Shown here one piece after another: positions 29,132 through 39,193 of a stretch of 64,000 nt of DNA. The DNA comes from an uncultured Acidobacteriota bacterium (GTDB taxonomy: Bacteria; Acidobacteriota; Thermoanaerobaculia; Gp7-AA8): positions 1,518,226 through 1,582,225 of the forward strand of contig CAWGHO010000001.1 in the NCBI GenBank assembly GCA_963822445.1, given 5' to 3'. The notes beneath the pieces are model-generated. The model ran no database searches. It worked only from the letters and a program-made list of their open reading frames with translations, and was not told the origin of the DNA. Both the position numbers and the translations under genes were made by a program. How positions within the stretch are numbered: the stretch's first letter is position 1; the number at the start of each line of letters is the position of its first letter.

Positions 29132-29832
29132 GATGTCGGCCCCACGTAGAGGATGCGGTGGCAGCCTTCGCAGTGAATGAGCTCACCGCGCTTGAGCTGC
29201 TGCGCGACCATCGCCCGCACGTGTGTGCGGCAGGTCGAGCAAGTGTTGTTCACGACCGGCGAGACGGCGACGCCCTGTCGCTGTCTGAAGATCTTCTGGA
29301 ATTCGTTCTTCAGCCGTGGAGACAGCGTGGCCTCGAGCGCCTCGGCCTTCTTGCGAAGCGCATCCGCTTCCTTGCGCAGATCGCCGAGTGAGTGCTGCCA
29401 ATCGCCATGGGCGGTGTCGTAGCGCGACTGGAGCTCGTCGTGACCGCCCTGACGCTCGTCGAGTTGCGACTGCAGCCCGTCCGCCTCGGTCATGTTCTTG
29501 AGCACCGATTCCTCGAGCTCCTTCACATGCTTGCGGGTGGCGTCGATCTCCTTCCACGCCGCGGCGTACTGCTGCTGATTCTTCACCTGCATCAGCTGCC
29601 CTTGATACTTCTTGAGCAGCTCCTGCTGGTCGGAGAGCTCGCCGTCGACCCGGCGGCGTTCCTTGCCGAGAACCTCGAGCTGTTGCTGCAGGCGCGTCAT
29701 TTCCTCGTTCGCGCTCTGGTATTCACGATCGATGACCGCGAACGACTCCGGCTTCACCGACATCTGTTTCTCGCGCTCGTTCAGCGCGGTGTAGATCGTC
29801 TGCAGCTCCCACAATTTGTCGACTTCGCTCAA
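29128..29832 (-). CDS. Coiled-coil protein with a C4 zinc ribbon (DUF164/CT398-like)
   Basis: Long coiled coil, then CSTC...CEGCHRILY; GGAG before TTG at 29832; typical rnhA neighbour. Confidence 0.88.
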   Translation of the reverse strand: MSEVDKLWELQTIYTALNEREKQMSVKPESFAVIDREYQSANEEMTRLQQQLEVLGKERRRVDGELSDQQELLKKYQGQLMQVKNQQQYAAAWKEIDATRKHVKELEESVLKNMTEADGLQSQLDERQGGHDELQSRYDTAHGDWQHSLGDLRKEADALRKKAEALEATLSPRLKNEFQKIFRQRQGVAVSPVVNNTCSTCRTHVRAMVAQQLKRGELIHCEGCHRILYVGPTS

Positions 29833-29844
29833 CGACTCCTCCAG

Positions 29845-29877
29845 AAACAAAAAAGGCGTTCCATGGTCGGAACGCCT
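29845..29877 (-). terminator. Intrinsic terminator downstream of the tRNA
   Basis: aggcgttcc-N6-ggaacgcct stem followed by a T run on the minus strand. Confidence 0.75.
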
Positions 29878-29958
29878 CGGTGCGGAATATCTCCGGCACG
29901 CATCAGACAGGGATCAATATTCAATAGGACTCTCGACATAGCTCTCGACGTGGCGCGC

Positions 29959-30034
29959 TGGTGGGTCCACCAGGATTCGAACCTGGGACCTGCCGGTTAT
30001 GAGCCGGTAGCTCTAACCGCTGAGCTATGGACCC
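29959..30034 (-). tRNA. tRNA with CAT anticodon, most likely tRNA-Ile2 (lysidine)
   Basis: GGGTCCA acceptor stem, TAGCTCAGCGGTTAGAGC D arm, CCGGCTCATAACCGG anticodon arm, GGTTCGAATCC, encoded CCA; TAGAAT just upstream. Confidence 0.93.
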
Positions 30035-30046
30035 GGACGGGCGATT

Positions 30047-31248
30047 CTAGCGCAGCTCGACCTGATCGCCCACGACCATCTCACGCTTGGCCGTGAGAAC
30101 GATGGCCGTTGCCGTCCGGGCTTCCGTCGTGAGCACGCCGATCTGCCCGAGAACGACGCGGGGCTGGTCGGAACGCGAGCTCGGACGGAACACCGTCAGG
30201 AAATCGCCCGGCGCGATCTGGTTGTCGCGGCCGAGGTCGATCTGCACGAGGTTGCCCTCGACGACGCCGAGGTCCCAGCCGCGGGAGTCGACGATGTAGC
30301 CCGACGTGCGGCCGCTCGGAGGATCGCACCACTCCGGGAGGTTCGGAACGCGCGCGATGGGAATGGGAAGCTGGGGAACGGGCTTGAGCCGCGCACCGAT
30401 CGGAATCTCGGTGCAGGCCTGGGTGATGATGGCGCGGGAGCGGTCGCCCTCGATGCAGAGGATGCGGATCTGGCCGATGTAGTCGTACTGGCGGCCGAGG
30501 ACCTGGTCCGTGTCCGGATGGCGGACGATCTCGGCGGGCAGGACGGTGAGATACGTCTCGCCGGCGACGAGGCCCGTGCTCGCGCCGCCTGCGACGTACA
30601 CGAGATCGCCGACAGTCGCATCGGACGGCAGCTCGGGATCGATCGCGCGCGGAACGTACTTGAGCTCGACGTCCTCGGCGGACTGGATGTAGTTCGGCAT
30701 CGGCTCGTTCGGGATCGCCGATGTAGCCGTAGCAGTAGATGTCGGATTCAGTCCCGAGGGGAATCGGGGCGGATTCGCGCTGAACGCGGGCGACCGTGAT
30801 TCCGCCATCGGATGTTGCCGTGAAGGGATTCTCTCCTTCGGTGCCGGGCTGGCCGGTTCGCGAGAAGCGGGGTGACCGCCGGGAGGGCGCCTTCCCCTTC
30901 ATTGGTGGTCGCGGCAGCGGTGGTCGTTCCTTCGCCTTCGACGAGGAGGACGTCGCCCGGGTAGATCCAGTGGGCGTCGGTGATCCAGGTGTTGGATTCC
31001 CAGAGCTGCGGCCAGAGATAGCGGTTGCCGTAGTACCGCGTGGCGAGGCCCCAGAGCGTGTCGCCGGCGGCGATGGTGTGGGTCTTCGCGCCGGCCGGAT
31101 ACGTGGCGGGATCAGGAGGGTTGTACGCGGTCCAGTGATCGCCGACGCGATGAAGATCGCGCGGAGGCCGCGACGACTGCTGCTGCGCCATCGCCGACAT
31201 CGCGACGACGAGCACGAGAAAGGGAGCCACCCTACGCACACTGACCAT
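30047..31248 (-). CDS. Secreted LysM peptidoglycan-binding protein, frameshift(s) near 30720-30880
   Basis: HTIAAGDTLWGLATRYYGNRYLWPQLWESN..I.DAHWIYPGD; C-terminal IDLG...GDFLTVFR...GD.V beta domain. Confidence 0.85.
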
Positions 31249-31292
31249 TGTCCCCTCCCAGGTCATGTTCCCAGTTGAATCAGGTCAATAAG

Positions 31293-31952
31293 TTAGCCGA
31301 AGGTGGGGTTGGCGTCAAACGGGGGGCGGGCGGCGATGTAGATCATGGACAGCGGTTTGGCCGTTTCCGGGTGCAACGGCTCGCGGGTTTCGACGACCTC
31401 GTAACCGGCCTTCTGGAAGGTGGCCGCCCAGGACTCGCGGGTGCGAAAGTACCAGGGCATCGGCTCCCGGAACGGCCCGTCGAAGGCCGCGAACGTCTCT
31501 ACTTGCCACCCGTCCTGCTCCGCGAACGAGGGGTGCGCGGTCTGCACGATGACAGTGCGCGCGGGGATGCTGGCCAGCAACTCCTGGAGATCCTCCTCGA
31601 ACAACGAGAAGTTCGCCACGGCCACGTCGAACGTGCGATTCAGCGACGCCAGCTCGCGATAGGGCATCGCATGAAACTCACCGCCGCCGAGCTCCTTCGC
31701 CGCTTCGATGAGGGCCGGGGAACCGTCGATGCCGGTCACGTCCACGCCAGGAAGCGCCCGCGCGAGCCATCCTTCGCCGCATCCGAGGTCGAGGACGGTC
31801 TTCGGCTGCTGATCGAGGATCGCGCGGACGATCGCGGCGTCGGTGGCGACGCGGCGGCTTTCGATGCGGCGGTCGCGAACCGCGGACGTCCAGGCGTCCG
31901 CGTTCGCGATCCAGCTTCGGGAAATCTCATCGTTCTTCTCAGCAGGGCGCAT
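31293..31952 (-). CDS. Class I SAM-dependent methyltransferase
   Basis: VLDLGCGEGWLARAL, GIDGS.ALI, PMPWYFRT. Confidence 0.9.
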   Translation of the reverse strand: MRPAEKNDEISRSWIANADAWTSAVRDRRIESRRVATDAAIVRAILDQQPKTVLDLGCGEGWLARALPGVDVTGIDGSPALIEAAKELGGGEFHAMPYRELASLNRTFDVAVANFSLFEEDLQELLASIPARTVIVQTAHPSFAEQDGWQVETFAAFDGPFREPMPWYFRTRESWAATFQKAGYEVVETREPLHPETAKPLSMIYIAARPPFDANPTFG

Positions 31953-31963
31953 GCGGCGCGAAT

Positions 31964-32890
31964 TTACCGCAACGCCAGCGAGCCGTCCGCCTCGGGCACC
32001 GATCCGCCGAGCTGCTGCTGCTCGTACTTTTCGATCTGCGCCGTACGCTTGTCGTAGTTCGTCATGACCTTCTTCACGTAAGTGCGGGTCTCGCGGAACG
32101 GCGGGATGCCCTTGTAGCGCATCACGTTGCCCTCGCCGCCGTTGTACGCGGCGATGATCTTCTTCGTGTCGCCGTTGAAGCGCTTGTTCAGGTAGGCGAT
32201 GTACTTCACGCCGGCGTCGACGTTCTGCTCGGGATCGTAGAGGTTGTTCGCGCCCATCCAGCGGCCGGTACGTGGCATGAGCTGCATGAGACCTTTCGCG
32301 CCGACGTGCGACTTCGCCCGCGGCTTGAAGCGCGATTCCTGTTCGATCACGGCCGCGACGAGCGCCGGATCGACGTCATACTTTTTCGACTTCTCCCAGA
32401 TCAGCTCACCGAACGGGATCTCCTCCGCGAAAAACGCCGCGCGGACCGATTCGTTGATTCGCTTCATCTCGTTGAAGAAGAGACCGTGCTTCTTCTCCTC
32501 CGGCTCGGCCGCATCCGCGGTCAGCCACTCCTCGGTCGCAATCCACTTCTGATCGAAGAGCGAGAGCTCGCGGGTGACGTACTTGTCGGGCAGGGCCTGG
32601 GAAAGCTTGAAGAGCGTGTTGCCGGAGAAGCCGCCCTTCACGTTTGCGACGACCTTCTGGTCCTCCCCCTTCGTGCGCACCACGCGCACGGAGTCGAGAT
32701 CCTTCTGGACGAGGAAATGGACGTTGTCGAACGTCTCGGCGACGCCGCCGATGGAAAGTGCCGTTCCGAGAAGAAGAGCGGCCGCACCGCGGCCACCGAC
32801 GAAGGAGATGATGCGGTGACGCTCGACTGCTTTGCGTCCGCGAGCAACGCGCATGGAGATCTCGTGCTTCATCGGTCTCTTTTTCGTCAT
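31964..32890 (-). CDS. Membrane-anchored lytic transglycosylase (SLT domain)
   Basis: AVIEQESRF, GAKGLMQLMP, AAYNGGEG, ETRTYV. Confidence 0.92.
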   Translation of the reverse strand: MTKKRPMKHEISMRVARGRKAVERHRIISFVGGRGAAALLLGTALSIGGVAETFDNVHFLVQKDLDSVRVVRTKGEDQKVVANVKGGFSGNTLFKLSQALPDKYVTRELSLFDQKWIATEEWLTADAAEPEEKKHGLFFNEMKRINESVRAAFFAEEIPFGELIWEKSKKYDVDPALVAAVIEQESRFKPRAKSHVGAKGLMQLMPRTGRWMGANNLYDPEQNVDAGVKYIAYLNKRFNGDTKKIIAAYNGGEGNVMRYKGIPPFRETRTYVKKVMTNYDKRTAQIEKYEQQQLGGSVPEADGSLALR

Positions 32891-33029
32891 CAGCTCTCCG
32901 TTCGTTGGGGGATGGTTATTGTAATACAAATAAGTTGAATTTACCGGATCGCGCTGTTTAACGGTCTGACACGAGGGAATATGTCGCGCCGAGGCGGGCT
33001 GGACAGCTAAAACGCGTGTTTACAGCGAC

Positions 33030-33575
33030 TTACTCGCTGAAAACTTCTGCGGAGAAACGCTCGATCCGGCAGTCCGGAGAGCGCCACGCATCGGGGGGCA
33101 GACCCGCCTTCGTGCAGGTGTGGCTGAGGAAGGTCTCCAGGTCCCAGCCGAAGTCCGTGGCCACCTGCGGCAGCAGGAGGCCGGTGTTGCGGCCTTTGGT
33201 GATGATGAGCCCGTCACGGCCGACTTCGATCTCAGCCGTATCTTTCACCACCTCGATCGGCCCCATCACCGAGATCTCCAGCTCGACGTTGGCGAGCTCT
33301 TCCTTCGTGAGCGGGTAAAACCGGGGATCGCGGAAGGCCGCATTCACCCCGCTGGAAGCGACGGCCTGGACGAGCGGAGCGACGGGAACGATCGAGCCGA
33401 TACAGCCGCGCAGATCGCCGCCCTTGTCGTGCAGCGAAACGAACGCGCCCGCGGGACGGCGAAGCACTTCATCGAACTCAGCCGGATCGAGCTGCGGACG
33501 CCGGCCGTCGAGTACGGCCGCGATCGCCTCACGGGCGATCGTCAACAACTGGCTGCGCTGTTCCTGGCTGAGCAT
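33030..33575 (-). CDS. AmmeMemoRadiSam system protein A (AMMECR1 domain)
   Basis: GAFVSL, LRGCIG, AAFRDPRF, GLLLPQVA, KAGL. Confidence 0.92.
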   Translation of the reverse strand: MLSQEQRSQLLTIAREAIAAVLDGRRPQLDPAEFDEVLRRPAGAFVSLHDKGGDLRGCIGSIVPVAPLVQAVASSGVNAAFRDPRFYPLTKEELANVELEISVMGPIEVVKDTAEIEVGRDGLIITKGRNTGLLLPQVATDFGWDLETFLSHTCTKAGLPPDAWRSPDCRIERFSAEVFSE

Positions 33576-33840
33576 TTTTTCCGCGGTAGATGAGCATCAG
33601 GTTGCGGAGATAAACGATCAATCCGCCCGCCTGAGCGACGGTAAACACGGTGTCCCGAATGTGAATTGCGTAGATCAGGGTGATGATCCCGCCGGTGAGC
33701 GACAGGTACCAGAACACGATCGGGATGTAGCTGACCTTCTTCCGCTCCGAGGCGATCCACTGGATGATGAAACGCGATCCGAAGATGAGCTGTCCGACAA
33801 GGCCGAACGCCACCCACAGATCCCAGTTGAACCCCCTCAC
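33529..33840 (-). CDS. Lipid A disaccharide synthase N-terminal-domain (LAB_N) membrane protein
   Basis: FGLVGQLIFGSRFIIQWIASERKK.S.IP..FWYLS...YLRNL; GTG start overlapping the upstream stop. Confidence 0.88.
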   Translation of the reverse strand: MRGFNWDLWVAFGLVGQLIFGSRFIIQWIASERKKVSYIPIVFWYLSLTGGIITLIYAIHIRDTVFTVAQAGGLIVYLRNLMLIYRGKNAQPGTAQPVVDDRP

Positions 33841-34563
33841 CGCGGATCCTCGGACACCCGGTAATTCAACATCCGCTTGCCCATCCAGCGCACGGCGAAG
33901 CAATCGACGAGACCGCGAGCCGCGCGATTCATGGCCCCGTACTTGGAAACGCCGAAGCGCCGCTGGCGATGGTTGACCGGCATCTCGATGACGCGATAGC
34001 CGGCGTAGCGGACCAGCGTCGGCAGAAAGCGATGCATGCCCGTGAAGAGGCGCACGCGATCGATGGCCTCGCGCTTCACCAGCTTCAGCGAGCAACCGGT
34101 GTCGGTGATCTGATCGCCGGTGATCCAGTTCCGCACGCCGTTCCCGATTCTCGACTGCATCTTCCGGCTCCAGGTGTCCTGCCGGTTCACCCGCACGCCG
34201 ATGACCATGTCCGACTTCGTTTCCTCGAGCTTCTGGATCATGTGCGGGATGTCGGCGGGATCGTTCTGCAGGTCGGCGTCGAGCGGACACGACCAGCGTC
34301 CCTTCCGCCGCGCGCCACGCGGCGTCGAGTGCCGCGGTTTGCCCGCTGTTCTTCTCGAACGAGAGCACGCGCAGCATCGGATAACGCTCACGGCTCGCGC
34401 GAAGGACCTCGAGGCTGCGATCGGTCGATCCGTCGTCGACAGCCACGATCTCGTAGGTCCAGCCCCGCCCTTCCAAAGCCGCGGCGATCTCGCGGAGGAG
34501 GATGGGGATGTTCTCTTCCTCGTTGTAGACGGGGAAGACGACGGAGAGGTCGGGACGGCTCAA
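33837..34563 (-). CDS. GT2 glycosyltransferase (polyprenol-phosphate / ArnC-like), frameshift near 34285
   Basis: PVYNEEEN, VDDGSTD, NSGQTAA, DADLQNDP, DTGCSLK, MHRFLP. Confidence 0.9.
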
Positions 34564-35321
34564 GATTGCGGGAGTCTAACCGAGAAAACTCGCTCGAAAT
34601 TTGCGGTGGTCTGCTCGGCCACGGCCTCCACGGAAACGTCCCAAAGCTTCGCCAGAAGCTGGGCAACCGCGACGACGTACGCGGGCTCGTTGTCGCGTCC
34701 GCGATACGGCACCGGCGCGAGATACGGAGTGTCGGTCTCGATCAGCACGCGGTCGTGCGGCAGTCCGCGCGCGACGTCGCGCAGCGATTCGGCATTGCGG
34801 AACGTGACGATGCCGGAGAAGGAGATGTAGTAGCCGAGATCCACGAGCTTCTGCGCGACCTCGAGCGATTCGGTGTACGAGTGCAGAATCCCCCGCACGC
34901 CGCTACGCGACAGGATCTCGACCATGTCCTCGGTCGACTCGCGGTTGTGCACGATCACCGGCTTGTCGAGCTCGTTCGCCAGGGCGATGTGCCGCTCGAA
35001 CACCTCGCGTTGCGCGTCGCGCGGCGAGAAGTCGTAGTGGTAGTCGAGGCCGATCTCGCCGATCGCGACGACCCGTTCCTCCCGCGCCAGCCGCGCGATC
35101 TCCGCGAACGCCGCGTCATCGCAATGCTTCGCGTCGTGCGGATGAAAGCCGACGCCGGCCCAGACATCCGCGTTCTTCTGCGCGATCTCCACGGCCTGCG
35201 GCGCGTCCTCGAGCTTCGTCGCCGGCACCACGAATCCGCGAACCCCCGCGGCCCGTGCCGCGGCGAGATTCGCCTCGGCATTCGACATCGTCAGATGGCA
35301 GTGGGAGTCGGTGAAGATCAC
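34560..35321 (-). CDS. tatD: TatD-family hydrolase
   Basis: DSHCHL, GFHPH, AIGEIGLDY, HNRES, HSYT, ETDTPYLAP. Confidence 0.95.
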   Translation of the reverse strand: MIFTDSHCHLTMSNAEANLAAARAAGVRGFVVPATKLEDAPQAVEIAQKNADVWAGVGFHPHDAKHCDDAAFAEIARLAREERVVAIGEIGLDYHYDFSPRDAQREVFERHIALANELDKPVIVHNRESTEDMVEILSRSGVRGILHSYTESLEVAQKLVDLGYYISFSGIVTFRNAESLRDVARGLPHDRVLIETDTPYLAPVPYRGRDNEPAYVVAVAQLLAKLWDVSVEAVAEQTTANFERVFSVRLPQS

Positions 35322-36508
35322 GTGCGCTCCACGAGCATCGAAAGTCCCATGCCTCCGCTGATGCACAGCGTGGCCAGGCCGAGGCGTTTCTCTCGCGTGT
35401 GCAGCGCATGCAACAGCGTGGTGGTGATGCGCGCGCCCGTCGCGCCGATCGGATGCCCGAGCGAGATCGCGCCACCGTGCACGTTGAGTTTCGCGGGATC
35501 AAGGTGCAGCTCGCGATCGCAGGCGATGACCTGCGCGGCGAAGGCCTCGTTCAGTTCGATGAGATCGATGTCCTCGAGCGCGACCCCAGTCTCCTCGAGC
35601 AGTTTGCGCGTCGCGGGAACGGGTCCGATGCCCATGATCTTCGGATCGACGCCGGCCTGGGCGCAGCCGACGATGCGAGCCAGCGGCTGCAAGCCGTGAC
35701 GTTTCACCGCGTCGCCGCTGGCCACGAGCATGCTCGAAGCGCCGTCGGTCACGCCCGAAGAGTTGCCCGCGTGCACGGTCCCCTGCTTGCGAAACACGGG
35801 CGGCAGTTTGGCCATGCTGCCGAGGTCCGCGTCCAAGCGGGGATGCTCGTCCTTGTCGATGACTGTGTCCCCTTTTCGTCCCGCGACCGTCACCGGCACG
35901 ATCTCGTCGGTGAATCGGTTCTCGTCATACGCCCGGCCCGCTTTCGACTGCGACTCGACAGCGAAGCGGTCCTGTTCCTCGCGACTGATGCCGTAGCGAT
36001 CCGCGAGCGTTTCCGCGGTCGAGCCCATCATCTCGTCGGCGAGCGGGCACAGGAAGCCGTCGCGAACCATTCCGTCGATGACCTCGTCGTTCCCCATCCG
36101 ATAGCCCCACCGCGCGCGTGGAAGCAGGTACGGCGTGTTCGACATCGACTCCGTTCCGCCCGCGAGCACGACGCTCACTTCGCCCAGGCGGATCTGATCC
36201 GCGGCATTCATGATCGCGCGCAGACCCGAGCCGCAAGCCTGATTGACGGTGTACGCCGGGACTTCGTGGCGCAGACCGCTGCGGATCGCGATCTGCCGCG
36301 CCGAATTCGGACCGACGCCGGCCTGCCGCGCGTTGCCGAAGATCACTTCGTCGATCGCGGCCGGATCGATTCCGCTCCGGGCAACCGTCACCTTCGCGCT
36401 TTCGGTCCCGAGCTGCGGCGCGGTGAGTGAAGCGAGGCCGCCTCCGAACTTTCCGATGGGGGTGCGAACGGCGGCGATGAGGTAGATGTCGTGGGTCAGC
36501 TTCGGCAT
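35318..36508 (-). CDS. Acetyl-CoA C-acetyltransferase (second thiolase)
   Basis: RTPIGKFGG, NQACGSG, NEAFAAQ, GHPIGATG, CISGG. Confidence 0.95.
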   Translation of the reverse strand: MPKLTHDIYLIAAVRTPIGKFGGGLASLTAPQLGTESAKVTVARSGIDPAAIDEVIFGNARQAGVGPNSARQIAIRSGLRHEVPAYTVNQACGSGLRAIMNAADQIRLGEVSVVLAGGTESMSNTPYLLPRARWGYRMGNDEVIDGMVRDGFLCPLADEMMGSTAETLADRYGISREEQDRFAVESQSKAGRAYDENRFTDEIVPVTVAGRKGDTVIDKDEHPRLDADLGSMAKLPPVFRKQGTVHAGNSSGVTDGASSMLVASGDAVKRHGLQPLARIVGCAQAGVDPKIMGIGPVPATRKLLEETGVALEDIDLIELNEAFAAQVIACDRELHLDPAKLNVHGGAISLGHPIGATGARITTTLLHALHTREKRLGLATLCISGGMGLSMLVERT

Positions 36509-37506
36509 AGGTCGATGACGAGTTGCTCGTACGTATCCACCGCATCGAGCAATTCCCGTTTGGCGATCTTCTCATCCACGCCGTGCGCGTCGAGGATCGA
36601 GCCGGGGCCGAACAGCAGGGGCTTGCCGAGGTTGCTGAGCCAGGGGACGTCGGTGTTGAAAGCGACCACCGCGGACGGCCGGCCTTCGGGAACGTGCATG
36701 AACTGCGGGACGTTGCCGCGCGAGGTCGTGATCACGCCCTTGTGCTCGGACAGCAGGTCTTCGAGACGCGACTGCACATCCTCGGGCGTCGTAACGAGGC
36801 GGAACATGATTTCGCACTCGGCCTGCGCGGCGATGATGTTCGGCTTCTCGCCGCCGCGCACCACGCCGCAATTGACCGTCGTGCGGCCGAGGATGTCGTG
36901 CGAGCCCCAGTTCGTGTGATTGATCTCCGCGACCGCCGCAACCATGCGATGAATCGCGGAGTCGCCGCGCTCGGGATACGCTGAGTGCGCGGCCACGCCC
37001 TCGAAGCGGATCACGCAGGTCAGCGCGCCTTTCGAGGCTCGCGCGAACGTCGACTCGGTCGGCTCGCCGACAACGCAGTACTCCGATCCGAGCCCGGCGA
37101 AATGCTCGTTCGCTTTCTTCGCGCCGATCGAGTCCGTCTCTTCTCCGACTACGAACAGGAACGCAAAGTCATTCACGTTCTTCGAGCGAAGCCGCTCGCC
37201 GGCGGCGATCATCGCCGCGATGATCCCCTTCGTATCGCACGAGCCGCGGCCGTACACGAATTCGTCGTCTTCGCGCGACGCGAACCACGGCGGCACCGTA
37301 TCGATGTGCGAGTTGAGGATGACCCGCGGCCGCCCTCCCGCCGACGCGTAAAGATTGAAGCGGTCCTTCGAGATCTCATGGCGGCGCGTTGCAAAGCCGA
37401 GCCGCGTCAGCTCGCGGTCGAGCAACTCCCCCACCGCGAATTCATGATCGCTGGCCGAGGGAACGTCGATGAGCTGGCGCGCGAAGGCGATGGGGTCGAT
37501 CGGCAT
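36496..37506 (-). CDS. M20-family metallohydrolase (acetylornithine deacetylase-like)
   Basis: NSHIDTVP, GRGSCDTKG, VGEE, VGEPT, AHS, FGPG..AH. Confidence 0.9.
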   Translation of the reverse strand: MPIDPIAFARQLIDVPSASDHEFAVGELLDRELTRLGFATRRHEISKDRFNLYASAGGRPRVILNSHIDTVPPWFASREDDEFVYGRGSCDTKGIIAAMIAAGERLRSKNVNDFAFLFVVGEETDSIGAKKANEHFAGLGSEYCVVGEPTESTFARASKGALTCVIRFEGVAAHSAYPERGDSAIHRMVAAVAEINHTNWGSHDILGRTTVNCGVVRGGEKPNIIAAQAECEIMFRLVTTPEDVQSRLEDLLSEHKGVITTSRGNVPQFMHVPEGRPSAVVAFNTDVPWLSNLGKPLLFGPGSILDAHGVDEKIAKRELLDAVDTYEQLVIDLCRS

Positions 37507-37522
37507 GGGGGCGCGATTGTAC

Positions 37523-39103
37523 TCACGGCTTGCGCCGGCCGCGGAACGGGCGCTGTCCCTGCGCCCCTTTGACCAGCTCGCGGAAGCGCATCAGATCGGG
37601 ATCGCGAGGGCTGATCGTCTCCAGCTCCTGCACCAGCGTCGCGGCCTTTTCGTGATCGCGATCGAGCACCGCCAGGCCGATCTCGGTCAGCTTGCGCTCC
37701 CGCAGTTCGAGCCGGTCGGCGTTCTCGAGGGCGGTGTGCAGCTCGTGGCGCGCCAGCGGAAAGTCGCGGCCGAACAGCGCGATCTGCCCGAGCCGGAAAT
37801 GCGCCTTGGCATGGTTCGGATCGAGCTCGATCGCCGATTCGAAAGCTTCCCGCGCGCGGAACGGCTGGCGCTCGACGAGCCGCACCAGACCATCGTTGTA
37901 GAAGTCGTCCGCGGTCCTCGGCGCGGTGGTGGACTTGTCCACCGGCTCGATGACGACCGCCGTGGTCGTCGTCGGTTGCGCGTCTTCTTCGACTGACGAA
38001 GTAGTCACGGCGGCCGCGGAGACTTCCATCGTCGTCGTCGACACCACGACGCTCGACGAGGTCGTCACGGCGACCGGTTTCGCGGGCGGTGCCGGCGGTG
38101 TGGGCCGCGGCCGGAGAATGACGATCGTCACCAGCGCGATCGCGATGACCAACGCGAAAACGGCGGCGATCGCCGGCCATCGACGCGGCGCCTTGTTCGG
38201 CTCCGTCAGCACGGTTGCCGCCGCGGCAGCGTTCGGCCCACTGCGTCTCGTGTAGGCGACGGTAGGCGCAACCGCCAGGTGTTGTTCGAGCGCGCCGCCC
38301 AGTTCACGCGCATTCGCGAACCGATCCTCGGGATTCTTCTGCAGACAGCGGAGGATGATCGCTTCGAGCCCCGGCGTGACCAATCCGCGCAATGGCGGAG
38401 GCTCGTCGCGCGCGATCTGCATGATCGTCTCGGTCGGCGATTGTCCGTAAAACGGCAACCGTCCCGTGGCCGCCTGATAAAGAAGAACGCCCAGCGAAAA
38501 GATGTCCGTCCGCGCGTCGACCGGCCGGCCCAGAGCCTGTTCCGGCGACATGTACGTGACCGTCCCGATGATCATGCCCGTCTGCGTGCGAAACGCGGTC
38601 GGATCGTTCTCCCCGACCGCGGGCTCGAGCCCGGTCCGCTTCGCGATCCCGAAGTCGAGCACCTTCACCCGCTGTCCGTTCACGACGACGTTGTCCGGCT
38701 TGATGTCGCGATGGACGATCGACTTCGCGTGCGCGTCGGCCAGCGCGTCAGCGATGCTCCGGCCGATCCGGCAGACTTCCGCTTCGGCCAGCGGACCGCG
38801 CCGGATGAGGTTCGTCAGCGGCTCGCCTTCGACGTACTCCATGACGATGAACAGCCGCCCTTCGGCCTCTTCGAAGGCGTGGATCATGGCTATGTTCGGA
38901 TGGTTGAGCTGCGCCGCTGTGCGCGCCTCGCGGCGCAGCCGGCCGATGGCGTCCGCATCCGCGGCGACCGCGCTCGGGAGCACTTTGATCGCCACGGTGC
39001 GGCCGAGGCGGGTGTCCTCCGCCTTCCACACCTCGCCCATCCCGCCGGCGCCCAGGGGGCTGATCAGGCGGTACGCGCCGAGGTTGGTGTTCGGCTCGAG
39101 CAT
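37523..39103 (-). CDS. Hanks-type Ser/Thr kinase with a TM segment, Thr/Pro-rich linker and C-terminal TPR
   Basis: LGAGGMGEV, VAIK, HRDIKPDN, DFG, YMSPEQ; TM AIAAVFALVIAIALVTIVIL; AIELDPNHAKAHFRLG. Confidence 0.93.
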   Translation of the reverse strand: MLEPNTNLGAYRLISPLGAGGMGEVWKAEDTRLGRTVAIKVLPSAVAADADAIGRLRREARTAAQLNHPNIAMIHAFEEAEGRLFIVMEYVEGEPLTNLIRRGPLAEAEVCRIGRSIADALADAHAKSIVHRDIKPDNVVVNGQRVKVLDFGIAKRTGLEPAVGENDPTAFRTQTGMIIGTVTYMSPEQALGRPVDARTDIFSLGVLLYQAATGRLPFYGQSPTETIMQIARDEPPPLRGLVTPGLEAIILRCLQKNPEDRFANARELGGALEQHLAVAPTVAYTRRSGPNAAAAATVLTEPNKAPRRWPAIAAVFALVIAIALVTIVILRPRPTPPAPPAKPVAVTTSSSVVVSTTTMEVSAAAVTTSSVEEDAQPTTTTAVVIEPVDKSTTAPRTADDFYNDGLVRLVERQPFRAREAFESAIELDPNHAKAHFRLGQIALFGRDFPLARHELHTALENADRLELRERKLTEIGLAVLDRDHEKAATLVQELETISPRDPDLMRFRELVKGAQGQRPFRGRRKP

Positions 39104-39193
39104 TGGCGGACACATTGTAGGACAGAGCGTCCGGTGCAGAGGCCAAATCACACGATCGAAATAACTTACGCCGCTCGCTGCTTACCTGATGAC

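Noticed and set aside
29959-30034. tRNA as an integration site (att) for an island
   Set aside because: No duplicated tRNA 3' end or integrase is visible in the window.
33529-34563. Apparent GT2-LAB_N fusion protein (344 aa)
   Set aside because: Produced by the frameshift near 34285; the GT2 C-terminus is in another frame ending at 33837.
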